Shown here piece by piece: positions 1-9,786 of a DNA stretch of 64,000 bases. A program made the position numbers and the translations under genes. The DNA is from Bacillota bacterium (GTDB lineage Bacteria; Bacillota; Dethiobacteria; DTU022; PWGO01). Where the stretch lies: positions 30,931-94,930 of the forward strand of contig JAAYSV010000041.1 in the NCBI GenBank assembly GCA_012518215.1, written 5' to 3'. Each line of letters starts with the position of its first letter. Within the stretch, counting starts at the first letter, position 1. A model generated the notes under the pieces. The model ran no database searches. It had not been told where the DNA came from and worked only from the letters and a program-made list of their open reading frames with translations.

Positions 1-60
1 CAACCGCAAGAACATCTTTCCAAGTATATTGCCCACAAACGCTCCGAACCCTTTCCACTA

Positions 61-981
61 TTATCGTCCCATTTTAAACGTGAGCCGCACATCATACTTC
101 AGGCGGTATTCCTTTTGGCTTTGCGCCACATGAGCATTTTCATTAACAGTTTTTTGAATCGTTTCTGCAACCACTGCCAACTCACCCTTAAGGTCCTCAT
201 GTTTCCTATCAAGAGCTGGGATGTCAAAAAGCGATTGTTCTACAATTTTTAATCCGGCAATAATCTCATCCCTATCAGAAAGCAGCCCATTCACCGCTTT
301 CACAAACAGCCCCTTGATGGTTTCCTCACTCAGATGCGGCGTTTTACACTTATCTTTATTTTTGAACTTGTTATTGCACTGATAAACAACCCTGCGGTAT
401 TTACTATTGCTGTGCCAAACCTTGGCCCCGTAAAAACCACCACACTCGCCGCAAATAATCCGGCTAGCAAATATACCATTTCCACTATACCGTTGTTTGC
501 TTTTCTTTCTTCTTTCAAATTCTTTTTGCACCATATAAAAACCTCCGGCTCGATAATAGCCGGATGGGAGTTTTCTACATAATATCGGGGAATCTCGCCC
601 TCGTTAACCTTTTTCCTTTTAGTAAAAAGTCCACTGTAAATGTCTTTTGCAGTATGGCATTGCCGGCATATTTTTCGTTTTGCAAAATACTTTTCACAGT
701 GCCTTGAAGCCATCTATCCTTTCCTCCAGGTGACAAAACACCCTCTGCGGTAAGTGTTTGGCAATAGTATGGGGTGTTGAGCCTTCAAGAAACATCCTGT
801 ATATTAACCTTACAATAACAGCTTCTTCTTCATTGATCTCCGGCAGACCATCTTCACCCTTGTCATAGCCCAGAAAGCGACTGTAAGGTAAACTAATCTT
901 CCCATCAGCAAATCTTTTTCTCTGACCCCAGGTAACATTCTCAGATATTGAGCGGCTTTCTTCTCGAGCAAGACTGGACAT
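61..981 (-). pseudogene. Large serine recombinase remnant; recombinase domain, zinc ribbon and coiled-coil parts are split across three frames (ORFs 694-981, 330-713, 61-534) and the N-terminal resolvase catalytic domain is absent
   Basis: Three overlapping minus-strand ORFs together reproduce the C-terminal architecture of a large serine recombinase (recombinase domain, Cys-rich zinc ribbon CGECGG...CxxC, coiled coil). At least two frameshifts are needed to join them. No resolvase domain lies upstream within 981-1320. Confidence 0.6.
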
Positions 982-1321
982 AATAGTGATTAGAAGTTCA
1001 CCTTTAGAATCCAGTGTCCAGATATTTTTTCTTTGGGCTGCCCTTTGCTAACAAGGAAAAAAGATAATTACAAATTAAGTTGACATTGAGAATATGCGTA
1101 ATGTGGTGTAGAATTTTGATGAAGGCAATTCACCTGTGATAGCAGGTAGTTCCATTTTACAACTAACAGGGTATCCGGATACTACCGGTTCCGTTTTACG
1201 CATAAACTGGGATACACATTCCTAACATCGGCTCAACGCAACTAAAATTACCTAAACGCCAAGTTTAGTAAATGAGGTATGGGCTTCTAAGAAACTTTCT
1301 GTTTTTTGATTGTAGAAAAGT

Positions 1322-1865
1322 TTAGCATCGGTAATTACCTTTGCCACCGGTAAAAACAGTCAGTTGCAAGGTAATATCCTGGCCACCAATGGTTAACTTT
1401 GCCTCCCCCCAATCAAATTCGCAAACTTCCCCCAGCATGTAACGCTGCCTGATGAAGGCTTCCCTGCGCTTTCTTTCCGCCTCCCTGGTGAAGTTACAAA
1501 TGGTTGGATAGCTGATGTCAAATCCATCCCTGATCAAGGCTTCATGGATATCTATTTTCTTTTTTTGCTGTTTTGAGCGGCCCGTGGCCCGTTTCATTTC
1601 ATTTTCCTTTAAGTAATCTAGAACCTTTTCCATAATCTCCGGGGTTAGTTTTGTTTTTTACGGTTACTGCTGTCATAAGTGGGGTTTTCTACTATGCTTT
1701 GAATCAATTCCTCCCCCGATGAATTCTGGCTGCCAAATAGAGCCACCCTCTTGGCTTCGTATTCCTTGATGTACTTCCTGATGGTCTTACGACAAATACC
1801 AGTTTCTCGGTGGAGCGTTCGCTGGGATTTTCCATCATTGTGTCATACATAGGAAATCATAGTTT
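1322..1865 (-). mobile_element. IS21-family transposase (IstA) N-terminal remnant, frameshifted and 3'-truncated; no IstB gene
   Basis: ORF 1322-1633 carries IstA-like N-terminal motifs. An upstream out-of-frame segment (~1690-1865) encodes the IstA HTH (HRETGICRKTIRKYIKEYEAK). It stops after ~180 aa, whereas full IstA is >400 aa. No terminal inverted repeats identified. Confidence 0.5.
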
Positions 1866-2124
1866 ATGGTGAAGGAATTTTTAATTATTATCCTGGGGCA
1901 CTTTTTGATTAGCAGAAACAGTTGCTTTGGGGTTCGTCGGCAACTACGCCCCTTGTGGACTTTCACCACAGATTGACGGCATGCCCATCATACAAACAAG
2001 CCGGGCAATTCGCTTTGAACCACCCGGCCTGCTTCTAGGTTGCTGGTTATTTGTCAGACAATGGTGGGATACCCTTCTACCCCTTCGCTAACCTGAACGA
2101 CACAGTTACACCACCCCTGGTTTC

Positions 2125-3960
2125 CTACTCCACTTCGATATCCTCGTAATCTACAAAAACACCTTCTTCAATCTGTTCTACACCCCTTGGGATAGGCTTT
2201 TCCATGGCTTTTTCGATTCTTTGTAGTATTTTTTCCTTGCGATCCGTAAAAAAACTTTTAAAGTCGTCAGTATATAGAAATTCGTGTGCCAGAACATGGG
2301 ATCTTAATATATTTTGAAACTCCTCATCATTTACTCCGGCGTGTTTTTGTATTCTTGTTAAATATTTACTCGGAGCTTCGCCACTTACTATACGATTAGT
2401 ACGGCTTGATAGGGGAGTTTTGTTAATAATGCAATTGTAATCATCTTTACTGATGCCGTTTTTCCTGCACCAAGCCACGGGAAAAATGTGATGAATATCG
2501 ATAGACTCAGAAAAATAGGTGCTAATATCAATCTTTGTAGCCGAAAGCCAGTCTTTAGTTTCGTCATCCATGAGCAAAGCATAAATGCCTTTGTAAGCAG
2601 CACTGTTTCTTGTTCTTAAGGTATGCAATCGAGACGGGGAAAAATTTGCATCATAAATTGTTTTCGGCCTGGCCCCTCCTTTCTCAATCCACTCGACTAC
2701 CTGGTGTAAATCAAGGGCAAAACGGGTTTCGTTTGCTGAACCATAAAGTTCGCCTAAAACCCCACACCAGAACCATTGCATTAATTTCTTCTTATTGCCC
2801 ATATTATCAATCCTGTTCCCGAATACAGCCAAGATTGCCGACATCGGTACTAATTGGGCATTATAGGGTAAATCACGTGCGGTATATATATGATGTTCAA
2901 AAAGTATTTTTGCGGCCTTTATAAAACCCTGCACTATCGAATCCCTATGTTCTAAATAATCTTTAATCGATAGGTCAAGCATATCTTTTCTTTTACATCT
3001 AACAGCGGGCAAACCCTCAACTGGAACATCTGCCCGTAAAGAAGCCAACCTTTTTTCATATGTGGTGAGCAATGTAATGGCTTGAATAATGTCCGTATTA
3101 CTAACCTTGGCAAGTAACTTATGTTCCGCAAATTCCTTTTTGATTTTTTGCCAATCTTTTTTTAGCTCAAAATCATCAGCGGCAAAGGTAGCTGTTAATA
3201 ATTCAAAAATATCTAAGGGTACCCCACCGGTGTTGACCTTCTCAAAAACTTGGCAAACTGCCTCCTTGGGGTTATCCTTTTTCATTACTATAACCGGGAG
3301 CATATATTTATTGAAACTGTTAATAACCTTACTCTCAAAATTATCCCAGAATATGGATTTATCCCTATCATGCCGCCAGTATTCATTGAAGCCCCGTCTC
3401 CAAGTACTATAATCGTTAATCATACAAACAGGATACATAAGGTTTTTATACTCAAAATCTCTCTCTGATAAATCGAGGACAATAGTTCGCCCAAAATCTT
3501 CCCTGATTTGTTTGTTTTCATTAAGCGAAATAATCGCCTCTTCAAGATCATAATTTTCATCCATAGCCTTTGCCATATCAATATAATACCAGCGCTTGAT
3601 TTCGTAGTTTTTCTCATTCCGGGTGGTGACCACCTCATAGGTTGCAATTGTTTGATAAAGTGAGGTAATCCTCTGTTGCCCATCAAGGATAAGCAAATCT
3701 GGCTCTACATCGCTATTGAGGTTTACACCTTCCACAGGTTTTGATTTAAACCTCAAATTTTCATTCCCTGTTTCCAGAAACATAACGGCACCGATGGGAA
3801 ATGATTTTGCAACACTAGCAAGAATCCCCTTAATACGCTCATCGTCCCAAATCCAGCCCCTTTGGAAATCGGGCAGTTGTATTTTCCCTTCATGGGTATC
3901 TCTTAGTATTTCAAACAAACTCCTTTTAGTAGAATCGAATGTTTCCAAATGTGTCACCAC
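2125..3960 (-). CDS. GmrSD-family type IV restriction endonuclease (N-terminal DUF262/ParB-like NTPase domain with DGQQR motif; C-terminal DUF1524 His-Me finger nuclease, ...IDIHHIFPVAW...)
   Basis: Intact 611-aa ORF in a locally AT-rich stretch. The DGQQRITSL motif and C-terminal HH...N nuclease motif are characteristic of the DUF262-DUF1524 fusion (GmrSD/BrxU/SspE-like). Confidence 0.75.
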   Translation of the reverse strand: MVTHLETFDSTKRSLFEILRDTHEGKIQLPDFQRGWIWDDERIKGILASVAKSFPIGAVMFLETGNENLRFKSKPVEGVNLNSDVEPDLLILDGQQRITSLYQTIATYEVVTTRNEKNYEIKRWYYIDMAKAMDENYDLEEAIISLNENKQIREDFGRTIVLDLSERDFEYKNLMYPVCMINDYSTWRRGFNEYWRHDRDKSIFWDNFESKVINSFNKYMLPVIVMKKDNPKEAVCQVFEKVNTGGVPLDIFELLTATFAADDFELKKDWQKIKKEFAEHKLLAKVSNTDIIQAITLLTTYEKRLASLRADVPVEGLPAVRCKRKDMLDLSIKDYLEHRDSIVQGFIKAAKILFEHHIYTARDLPYNAQLVPMSAILAVFGNRIDNMGNKKKLMQWFWCGVLGELYGSANETRFALDLHQVVEWIEKGGARPKTIYDANFSPSRLHTLRTRNSAAYKGIYALLMDDETKDWLSATKIDISTYFSESIDIHHIFPVAWCRKNGISKDDYNCIINKTPLSSRTNRIVSGEAPSKYLTRIQKHAGVNDEEFQNILRSHVLAHEFLYTDDFKSFFTDRKEKILQRIEKAMEKPIPRGVEQIEEGVFVDYEDIEVE

Positions 3961-4256
3961 CTTTCCTATACTCTTATCTTCCCAGCATTCCTTTTTGAAA
4001 TAGTTCTATAAATTTCCCTTTATTACCTTCTTAACGGGCTATAACTTTATATAAAAACGCTTTGTTCGTTCTTAAAATGGGCATCCACTTTAGAAGAACT
4101 ATTAAAAGGAATATAAAGATGTTACCTTTTTTACACTTTTTAACAATACCTATACTTTTAACGATTACCCTAAATTACTCCCTAGTGGTGTGTGCATATT
4201 CCCTGCAACCGATATCCTCCACATATAAAACCCCAACCAAATCTTCCCCCAAAAGA

Positions 4257-4306
4257 AAAATAAGGGCTTTCAAGGTCATCTTTATAACCCCCAAAGCCCT
4301 TATTTT
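4257..4306 (-). terminator. Long inverted repeat (14-bp arms AAAATAAGGGCTTT / AAAGCCCTTATTTT, 22-nt loop) followed on the minus strand by a T-rich tract. Probable terminator downstream of tRNA-Ala or island boundary structure
   Basis: Perfect 14-bp arms read directly from sequence. It lies ~85-130 bp downstream (minus strand) of the tRNA 3' end. The loop is unusually long for a canonical intrinsic terminator. Confidence 0.35.
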
Positions 4307-4387
4307 ATGCGTTTCTAAGCACTTTCTACAATGCAAACCTGCCATATCCGTCAAACTAAAATTGTATCAATCTCGGTTACTTGATAT

Positions 4388-4462
4388 GGTGGACGTGAGG
4401 GGATTCGAACCCCTGACCTTTCGGATGCGAACCGAACGCTCTCCCAGCTGAGCTACACGCCC
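4388..4462 (-). tRNA. tRNA-Ala (anticodon CGC), CCA encoded
   Basis: Reverse complement folds as a cloverleaf. Acceptor GGGCGUG/CACGUCC has the G3:U70 Ala identity pair and A73 discriminator. Anticodon stem UUCGG/CCGAA with loop UUCGCAU. T-arm AGGGG-UUCGAAU-CCCCU. 3' ACCA present. Confidence 0.85.
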
Positions 4463-4581
4463 ACACGGCAGATTTACTCTTCAATTATATCATCCCCGGG
4501 TGGCCTTTTTCAAGAAGTTGTTTGCCCCGGCAGGCAACGGCGGCCCTTGCCACCCTGCCCCCTTCACCAATCCATTTCAGC

Positions 4582-5391
4582 TCAAAGCAATGCCTGATAG
4601 AGCTGCCGGACAGAGTCAAATACATAGTCGGGCCTGTCCACTGCATCGGCAACATCTTCACGGGTGGATTCCCCGGAGAGGACCAGGATGGAAGTTATGT
4701 TGCCTTTCCTGCCCAGCCGTATATCCGTATAGAGCCGATCCCCGATGATCGCCATCCGGCCTCTATCAACACCCCGGGTATGCCGGAAATATTCAATTAC
4801 CTGCGGGTTCGGCTTGCCCACTACCTCCGCCGGCGGAATATCCGTGGCCGCCCTGACAAAGGCAATGATCGCACCGCAATCGGGCATGTAGATTCCATCA
4901 CCAAGGGGGCAGTTCAGGTCGGGATGGGTGGCAATGTAGGGCACCCCATCCCTCACAAGGCGGCACACGTCAAAAAGTTTGTTGTAATGCAGGGTGGTGT
5001 CAAAGCCGATGACCACATAATCGGGGCGGGATCCCTCCCGGTAATCATGAATGAGGTTGAATCCGGCCCGGGAAAGTTCCCGTTCGAATTGTTCCGTGCC
5101 CACGGGGTAGAGAACCGCTCCGGGATCGGTCTTCCCCAGATGGTAAATGAGCAGATCGGTGGAGGTTACCAGCTCTTCCCCGGTGGCCTCTATCCCCAGG
5201 CCACCGAGTTTTTTCAGGTAGGCCTCCGATCCCCGGGAGGAGTTGTTGGTCAGAAAACAGTATCTCTTGCCCTGCTCTTTGAGGAGATGCAAAAAATCCC
5301 GGGAACCATCGATCAGGCGATCGCCCAGGTAAATGGTGCCATCCATGTCCAGCAGAAAAAATTCGATCTCTTTCAATTCAATTGCGGGCAT
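4582..5391 (-). CDS. HAD-superfamily hydrolase, subfamily IIA (NagD/YutF-like sugar-phosphate phosphatase)
   Basis: N-terminal FLLDMDGT motif, central LTNNSS motif and C-terminal GD..YTDI motif are typical of HAD-IIA. 269 aa. Confidence 0.7.
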   Translation of the reverse strand: MPAIELKEIEFFLLDMDGTIYLGDRLIDGSRDFLHLLKEQGKRYCFLTNNSSRGSEAYLKKLGGLGIEATGEELVTSTDLLIYHLGKTDPGAVLYPVGTEQFERELSRAGFNLIHDYREGSRPDYVVIGFDTTLHYNKLFDVCRLVRDGVPYIATHPDLNCPLGDGIYMPDCGAIIAFVRAATDIPPAEVVGKPNPQVIEYFRHTRGVDRGRMAIIGDRLYTDIRLGRKGNITSILVLSGESTREDVADAVDRPDYVFDSVRQLYQALL

Positions 5392-6203
5392 TCTTTTCTT
5401 TCACCCCGCTCTGCATCCTTGAACAAAAACAGCCCCCGTTTCGACTTTGCAAGCACTTTCCTGATCCTGCCGGGGTAATCGGTGATGACTCCATCCACTC
5501 CCATCTGCATCATCCTGTTCAGATCCTCCTCCGCGTTGACCGTCCAGGGAATAACCCGGCAGCCGAGCATGCGGGCCTGCTCCATGTATTTTCTGTTCAC
5601 CAGACGGTGATGGGGATGCAATACGGCGGGCCTGACCATATCTGCAAAGCTTCCCCTTTGCAGCAAGGAAGGGACTAGCGGAAAATGCAGCAGCCCGACG
5701 GGAATGTGGGGATCCGTTTTCCTCGTTCTGACCAGGGCAAAAGGGTTGAATGAGGAGACCACAACACGTTTGTACAGGTCATGGCGGGCCACCACAGCCG
5801 CGACGGCATCGGCGGTCTCCATGTTTGCACCTACCAGGCTCGTCTTGATTTCTATCATGATGAAAGCCTTCCGCCCCAGAGCCTCGATGACTTCCTGAAG
5901 GGTGGGGATGCGCGTTCCCGCAAATTGCCGGGAAAAATAAGAGCCGGCATCCAGCGACTTCAACTGCTCCAGGGTGCGCCTCGCCGCCAGCCCCCGTCCG
6001 TCCGTGGTTCTTGACAGGGTGTAGTCATGGATGATGATCAGAGCCTTGTCACGGCTCAGGGTGACATCCAGTTCTATCCCGTCAGCACCCCTTTCCAGTG
6101 CAGTCAAAAATGACGGGATGGTATTCTCGGGTGCTTCCCGCGGTGAACCGCGGTGCCCGAGGATCATCATTTTCCCCGGGCGATTGTTTTCCCTGAACAT
6201 CAA
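5373..6203 (-). CDS. Glycerophosphodiester phosphodiesterase (GDPD family)
   Basis: HRG..(E/P)EN motif (ILGHRGSPREAPENT) and GDPD-family length. Overlaps the HAD gene by 19 nt, suggesting one operon. Confidence 0.75.
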   Translation of the reverse strand: MMFRENNRPGKMMILGHRGSPREAPENTIPSFLTALERGADGIELDVTLSRDKALIIIHDYTLSRTTDGRGLAARRTLEQLKSLDAGSYFSRQFAGTRIPTLQEVIEALGRKAFIMIEIKTSLVGANMETADAVAAVVARHDLYKRVVVSSFNPFALVRTRKTDPHIPVGLLHFPLVPSLLQRGSFADMVRPAVLHPHHRLVNRKYMEQARMLGCRVIPWTVNAEEDLNRMMQMGVDGVITDYPGRIRKVLAKSKRGLFLFKDAERGERKECPQLN

Positions 6204-7639
6204 GATTCCGGTCCCTTCTCCCCGCTCTTGCCGGAAGTGTCTCCGGACAACGCAGCGATTTTCTGTTCGTGCTCTTTCAGACTGGAGAGCACCTTCTCTT
6301 CCGGATAGCGGACAAAGAAGAAAAGGCCGATAAGCGCACAGATCGAGACCACGAGCAAGCTCAACTGTACCCCCAGCGGTTCCGCAACATCCTTGCCGTA
6401 CTTGGATATCAAGAACCCGAAGGTAAGGCCCGAGAGGGCTATGACAATTTTCAGGGGAAGCGCCCGGGCCCCGTAGAACATGGCCTCCCTTCTGACCCCC
6501 GTCCGCAAGGCATCTTCCCTGGCGATGTCGGAAGTCGTGGAGTAAACCAGGGAAGAGAGGGCCGCCAGGGGAAACCCGCAGAGAACAAACAGGGCCAGGC
6601 AGACATAGACCAACGTTTCGTTCATCATGAAACTGAGTATGAAAAAGAGCATCATGGCCGCTGAAAAGAAAGCAACCGAAAACACGATCACCTTTTTCTT
6701 CCCTATCTTCTTGCCGAGGTAGCTGACAAAAGGAAAGCTGATCATGGAACCCAGCAAAGCCGCACCGGCAATGTAGGTCATGAAATCCTGATCCTTCTTA
6801 AAGATGACCACGGCATAGTACATCATCCCCAGGGTGACAATATTGACGCAGAACATAAGAAATAGTTCCCCGGTCAGGAAGGTCACAAAGTGCTTGACGC
6901 CAAAAGTCCTTTTCAGGGACTCGATGATACCCGTGTCCACGGGTTCAACGGGCAAGCAGTGTTTTTTCTCATCGTAAGAAAGAAGTGAGATATATCCCGC
7001 AATGCAAGCAATGGCCGCAAAGCCCAGTGCCGCCCACTGGTAAGATTCCCGGATCCCGACTCCCCTGCTCTGCAGATAGGTGACGATGGGCGTGAAGGCA
7101 ACGGTAACCAGCGCCACACCCAGCAACCCCAGTATGGCTATGAATGTATTCATGTTGATGCGCGTGGATTCATCCTGGCCCAATTCGGACACGAGGGCCA
7201 GAAAAGGGTTGGCATATGCCGTGAAAGCGATGTAGAAGATCGACATCACGATACCAAACCAGATCCCGTTGATGATGTTCTCGCTGCTGTTGAAAGGGGG
7301 GAAGAATATCAGGGCCGCAGCCAGGGCCATCGGCAGGGCACTGATCAATTTGAACACCTTGCGCCGCCCCAACCTGGAAGTGCTGCGGTCACTGAGTGAA
7401 GCCACAACGGGGTCGGCCAGGGCATCAAAGACACGTCCCACAACCATGACCAGACCGAAGATGGTCAGAATCCCCCAGAATGTCTGTCCGGGGAAAAGCT
7501 CGGGCAGTCCATATTCCTTGGGCGGTAGATAGTAGAATGCCGCGTAGAGAAGAATCATCCTCTCGGTAAGATTGAAGGAAAGACTGCCGACCGAATACAA
7601 TATCTGCCTGGGTAAAGTAAAAGGTGCCAGTTTCTTCAT
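6200..7639 (-). CDS. GPH-family (glycoside-pentoside-hexuronide) MFS cation symporter
   Basis: 12-TM-like hydrophobic profile. GPH-type motif D..D...S..RLGRR after TM2. 4-nt overlap with the GDPD gene. Confidence 0.6.
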   Translation of the reverse strand: MKKLAPFTLPRQILYSVGSLSFNLTERMILLYAAFYYLPPKEYGLPELFPGQTFWGILTIFGLVMVVGRVFDALADPVVASLSDRSTSRLGRRKVFKLISALPMALAAALIFFPPFNSSENIINGIWFGIVMSIFYIAFTAYANPFLALVSELGQDESTRINMNTFIAILGLLGVALVTVAFTPIVTYLQSRGVGIRESYQWAALGFAAIACIAGYISLLSYDEKKHCLPVEPVDTGIIESLKRTFGVKHFVTFLTGELFLMFCVNIVTLGMMYYAVVIFKKDQDFMTYIAGAALLGSMISFPFVSYLGKKIGKKKVIVFSVAFFSAAMMLFFILSFMMNETLVYVCLALFVLCGFPLAALSSLVYSTTSDIAREDALRTGVRREAMFYGARALPLKIVIALSGLTFGFLISKYGKDVAEPLGVQLSLLVVSICALIGLFFFVRYPEEKVLSSLKEHEQKIAALSGDTSGKSGEKGPES

Positions 7640-7970
7640 TCAACGATCCCTCTTTTCCGGTTGAATTGTTATTTTGTCCGCATCCGGGGAACAGGCGCCC
7701 GGAGAAATGCCAATGTTGCAATTCAATTATAGAGTTCTGAAATATGAATGGACACAGACTACAGATTATCAGGCTTCTCTATTTAGATTCGCACATTTTA
7801 TGCCGTTTTCCTGCATGGGAGAATAAAGATCTCCTCAAGGGCCAGTCTCCTCCACCTTCCTGTCATTGCCATGGCAGCAAACAAAACTCCGTGGAAAGGA
7901 TGTTTCCATGGTTACTGTTGCAAAAATCCTATTCTTGCCCCTCGAACAAATTGAATTGTAACCGGATGGG

Positions 7971-8022
7971 CACCGGAGGTAGTCGGGGTAATCGAAGGTA
8001 ACCGGAGGCAGCCGGAGGCAGT
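7971..8022. repeat. Three copies of CCGGAGG(T/C)AG (two directly tandem) inside the 430-nt leader upstream of the GPH transporter
   Basis: Read directly: caCCGGAGGTAG ... aaCCGGAGGCAG CCGGAGGCAG. Confidence 0.3.
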
Positions 8023-8072
8023 CATGCCGCCGGTCAGTTTTCAGCGAATTTTTCAGAACCGGTTTGGATATC

Positions 8073-9455
8073 TCAGGGACGGCCCAGAAGGGCAAACATC
8101 CTCTTCTTGTAAGCCTCCACACCCGGCTGGTCGAAAGGATTGACACCCAGAAGATACCCGCTTATCGCGCAGGCCTTCTCGAAGAAATAGACCATCTGCC
8201 CGTAATGATACGGGGTCATCCCGCCGATTTTGACCATGAGATTGGGAACACCCCCGGCACTGTGGGCCTGCATCGTGGCCAGGCGGATCTTCTCATTGAT
8301 GTCGGAGAAAGAACGGCCGGCCAGATAATTCAGCCTGTCTTTATCTTCGTCGGCCTCCGGAACGACCATATCCGCGGCCGCCTCCCCCATCCATATCGTG
8401 GTTGCGAAGAGATCCCGCCGCCCTTCCTGAAGGTACTGTCCCATGGAATGAAGATCCGTGGAAAAATTCAAGGTGGCAGGAAAGATTCCCTTGCCATCTT
8501 TCCCCTCGCTTTCACCGAACAGCTGTTTCCACCACTCGCCAAAATAATAGAGAGAGGGCTCGTAGTTGACCAGTATTTCGGTGGTCTTGCCCTGTTCATG
8601 AAGGAGGTTTCTTGCGGCTGCATACTGATAAGCGGGGTTTGCATCCAGATCAACATTGGCACACAGGCGACGGCAATCCTCTGCCCCCTCCATGACCCGG
8701 TCGATGTCGATCCCCCCCACGGCCATGGGCAGCAACCCCACCGCGGTCAGGACCGAAAACCTACCCCCCACATCATCGGGCACCACAAATGTTTCGAATC
8801 CCTCCCCGGCAGCCATCTCCCGCAAGATACCTTTTTCCCTGTCGGTAGTGGCAACAATGCGCTCGCGCACTCCCCTCCGGCCATATCTCTCCTCGATTAC
8901 CTTGCGAAAAACACGGAAGGCCAGTGCAGGCTCCAGCGTCGTCCCTGATTTGGAGACCACGTTGACAGCTATATCCCTGTCCCGCAGCAGATCCAGCAGG
9001 TGCGTCAGATACGTACCGCTGACATGATGGCCGGCAAAAAAGACCATCGGAGTTTTTCTCTGCCGGGAGGGCAGATGATGATAAAATGTATGTTTTAGCG
9101 CCTCCAGAGCTGAACGGGCACCCAGGTACGAGCCGCCAATGCCGATTACGATCAGAACTTCGGCGATATGGCCGATCCTTGCAGCCACATCCTTGATGCG
9201 GGCAAATTCCCGGCGATCGTAATCCCCGGGCAGGTCAAGCCACCCCGTGAACTCGTTGCCCGGCCCCCGGCGACCGTGAAGAAGCGTATGCGCTTTCTCG
9301 ACCCGGGGCCTGGCCTTCTCCATCTGTTCCGGGGTTAAAAAGCCTTCCGCCATCGAGTAATCAAAACTGATGTTTTTGTTTTCCACTTTTACCTTGACCT
9401 CCGTTGCCCTGTGGTAGTCCAGAAGATGCTCCGCGGCCCTGCCCAGAAACAGCAT
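8073..9455 (-). CDS. pgi: Glucose-6-phosphate isomerase
   Basis: 460 aa. Conserved PGI blocks (GGRFSV.TAVGLLP, sugar-isomerase signature) throughout. Confidence 0.9.
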   Translation of the reverse strand: MLFLGRAAEHLLDYHRATEVKVKVENKNISFDYSMAEGFLTPEQMEKARPRVEKAHTLLHGRRGPGNEFTGWLDLPGDYDRREFARIKDVAARIGHIAEVLIVIGIGGSYLGARSALEALKHTFYHHLPSRQRKTPMVFFAGHHVSGTYLTHLLDLLRDRDIAVNVVSKSGTTLEPALAFRVFRKVIEERYGRRGVRERIVATTDREKGILREMAAGEGFETFVVPDDVGGRFSVLTAVGLLPMAVGGIDIDRVMEGAEDCRRLCANVDLDANPAYQYAAARNLLHEQGKTTEILVNYEPSLYYFGEWWKQLFGESEGKDGKGIFPATLNFSTDLHSMGQYLQEGRRDLFATTIWMGEAAADMVVPEADEDKDRLNYLAGRSFSDINEKIRLATMQAHSAGGVPNLMVKIGGMTPYHYGQMVYFFEKACAISGYLLGVNPFDQPGVEAYKKRMFALLGRP

Positions 9456-9786
9456 CTCTTCATATATAATATACTATCTTTTTCCTCTTTATAATAAAAT
9501 AATCGGCCAACCACGATTACCATTTCTCCAGGGGCAATGATCACGCCTCCATCAAACCACACCTGCCCGCACGGGTGGCGAAAAAATGTCCGGAATAAAA
9601 AAAAGAACCCCATGAAAAAAGGGATGGCATGATGAGATGGCAGAAACAACTCCCTGCCGCATATCAAAAAATATATATGAAAATTGACCAATGGCAACCC
9701 CCGCGCCTGCTGACTTTCCCCTGTTTTTCGGCAGGGGGCCCCGTTTCCATCCTCTACCTGCCATAAAAATGCCCCCGCCGCAACTC

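Noticed and set aside
330-713. 127-aa ORF treated as an independent gene
   Set aside because: Its N-terminal half is the zinc-ribbon segment of the same serine recombinase as ORFs 694-981 and 61-534. It is a frameshift fragment of the pseudogene, not a separate gene.
4062-4451. 129-aa plus-strand ORF spanning the GmrSD upstream region and the tRNA
   Set aside because: Overlaps the tRNA-Ala gene and the long inverted repeat. Composition is AT-rich promoter-like with no RBS, so it is not a plausible gene.
7971-8022. Tandem CCGGAGG(T/C)AG repeats considered as a possible CRISPR array
   Set aside because: Only three 10-nt units with no spacers of regular length and no cas genes nearby. Far too short for CRISPR repeats.
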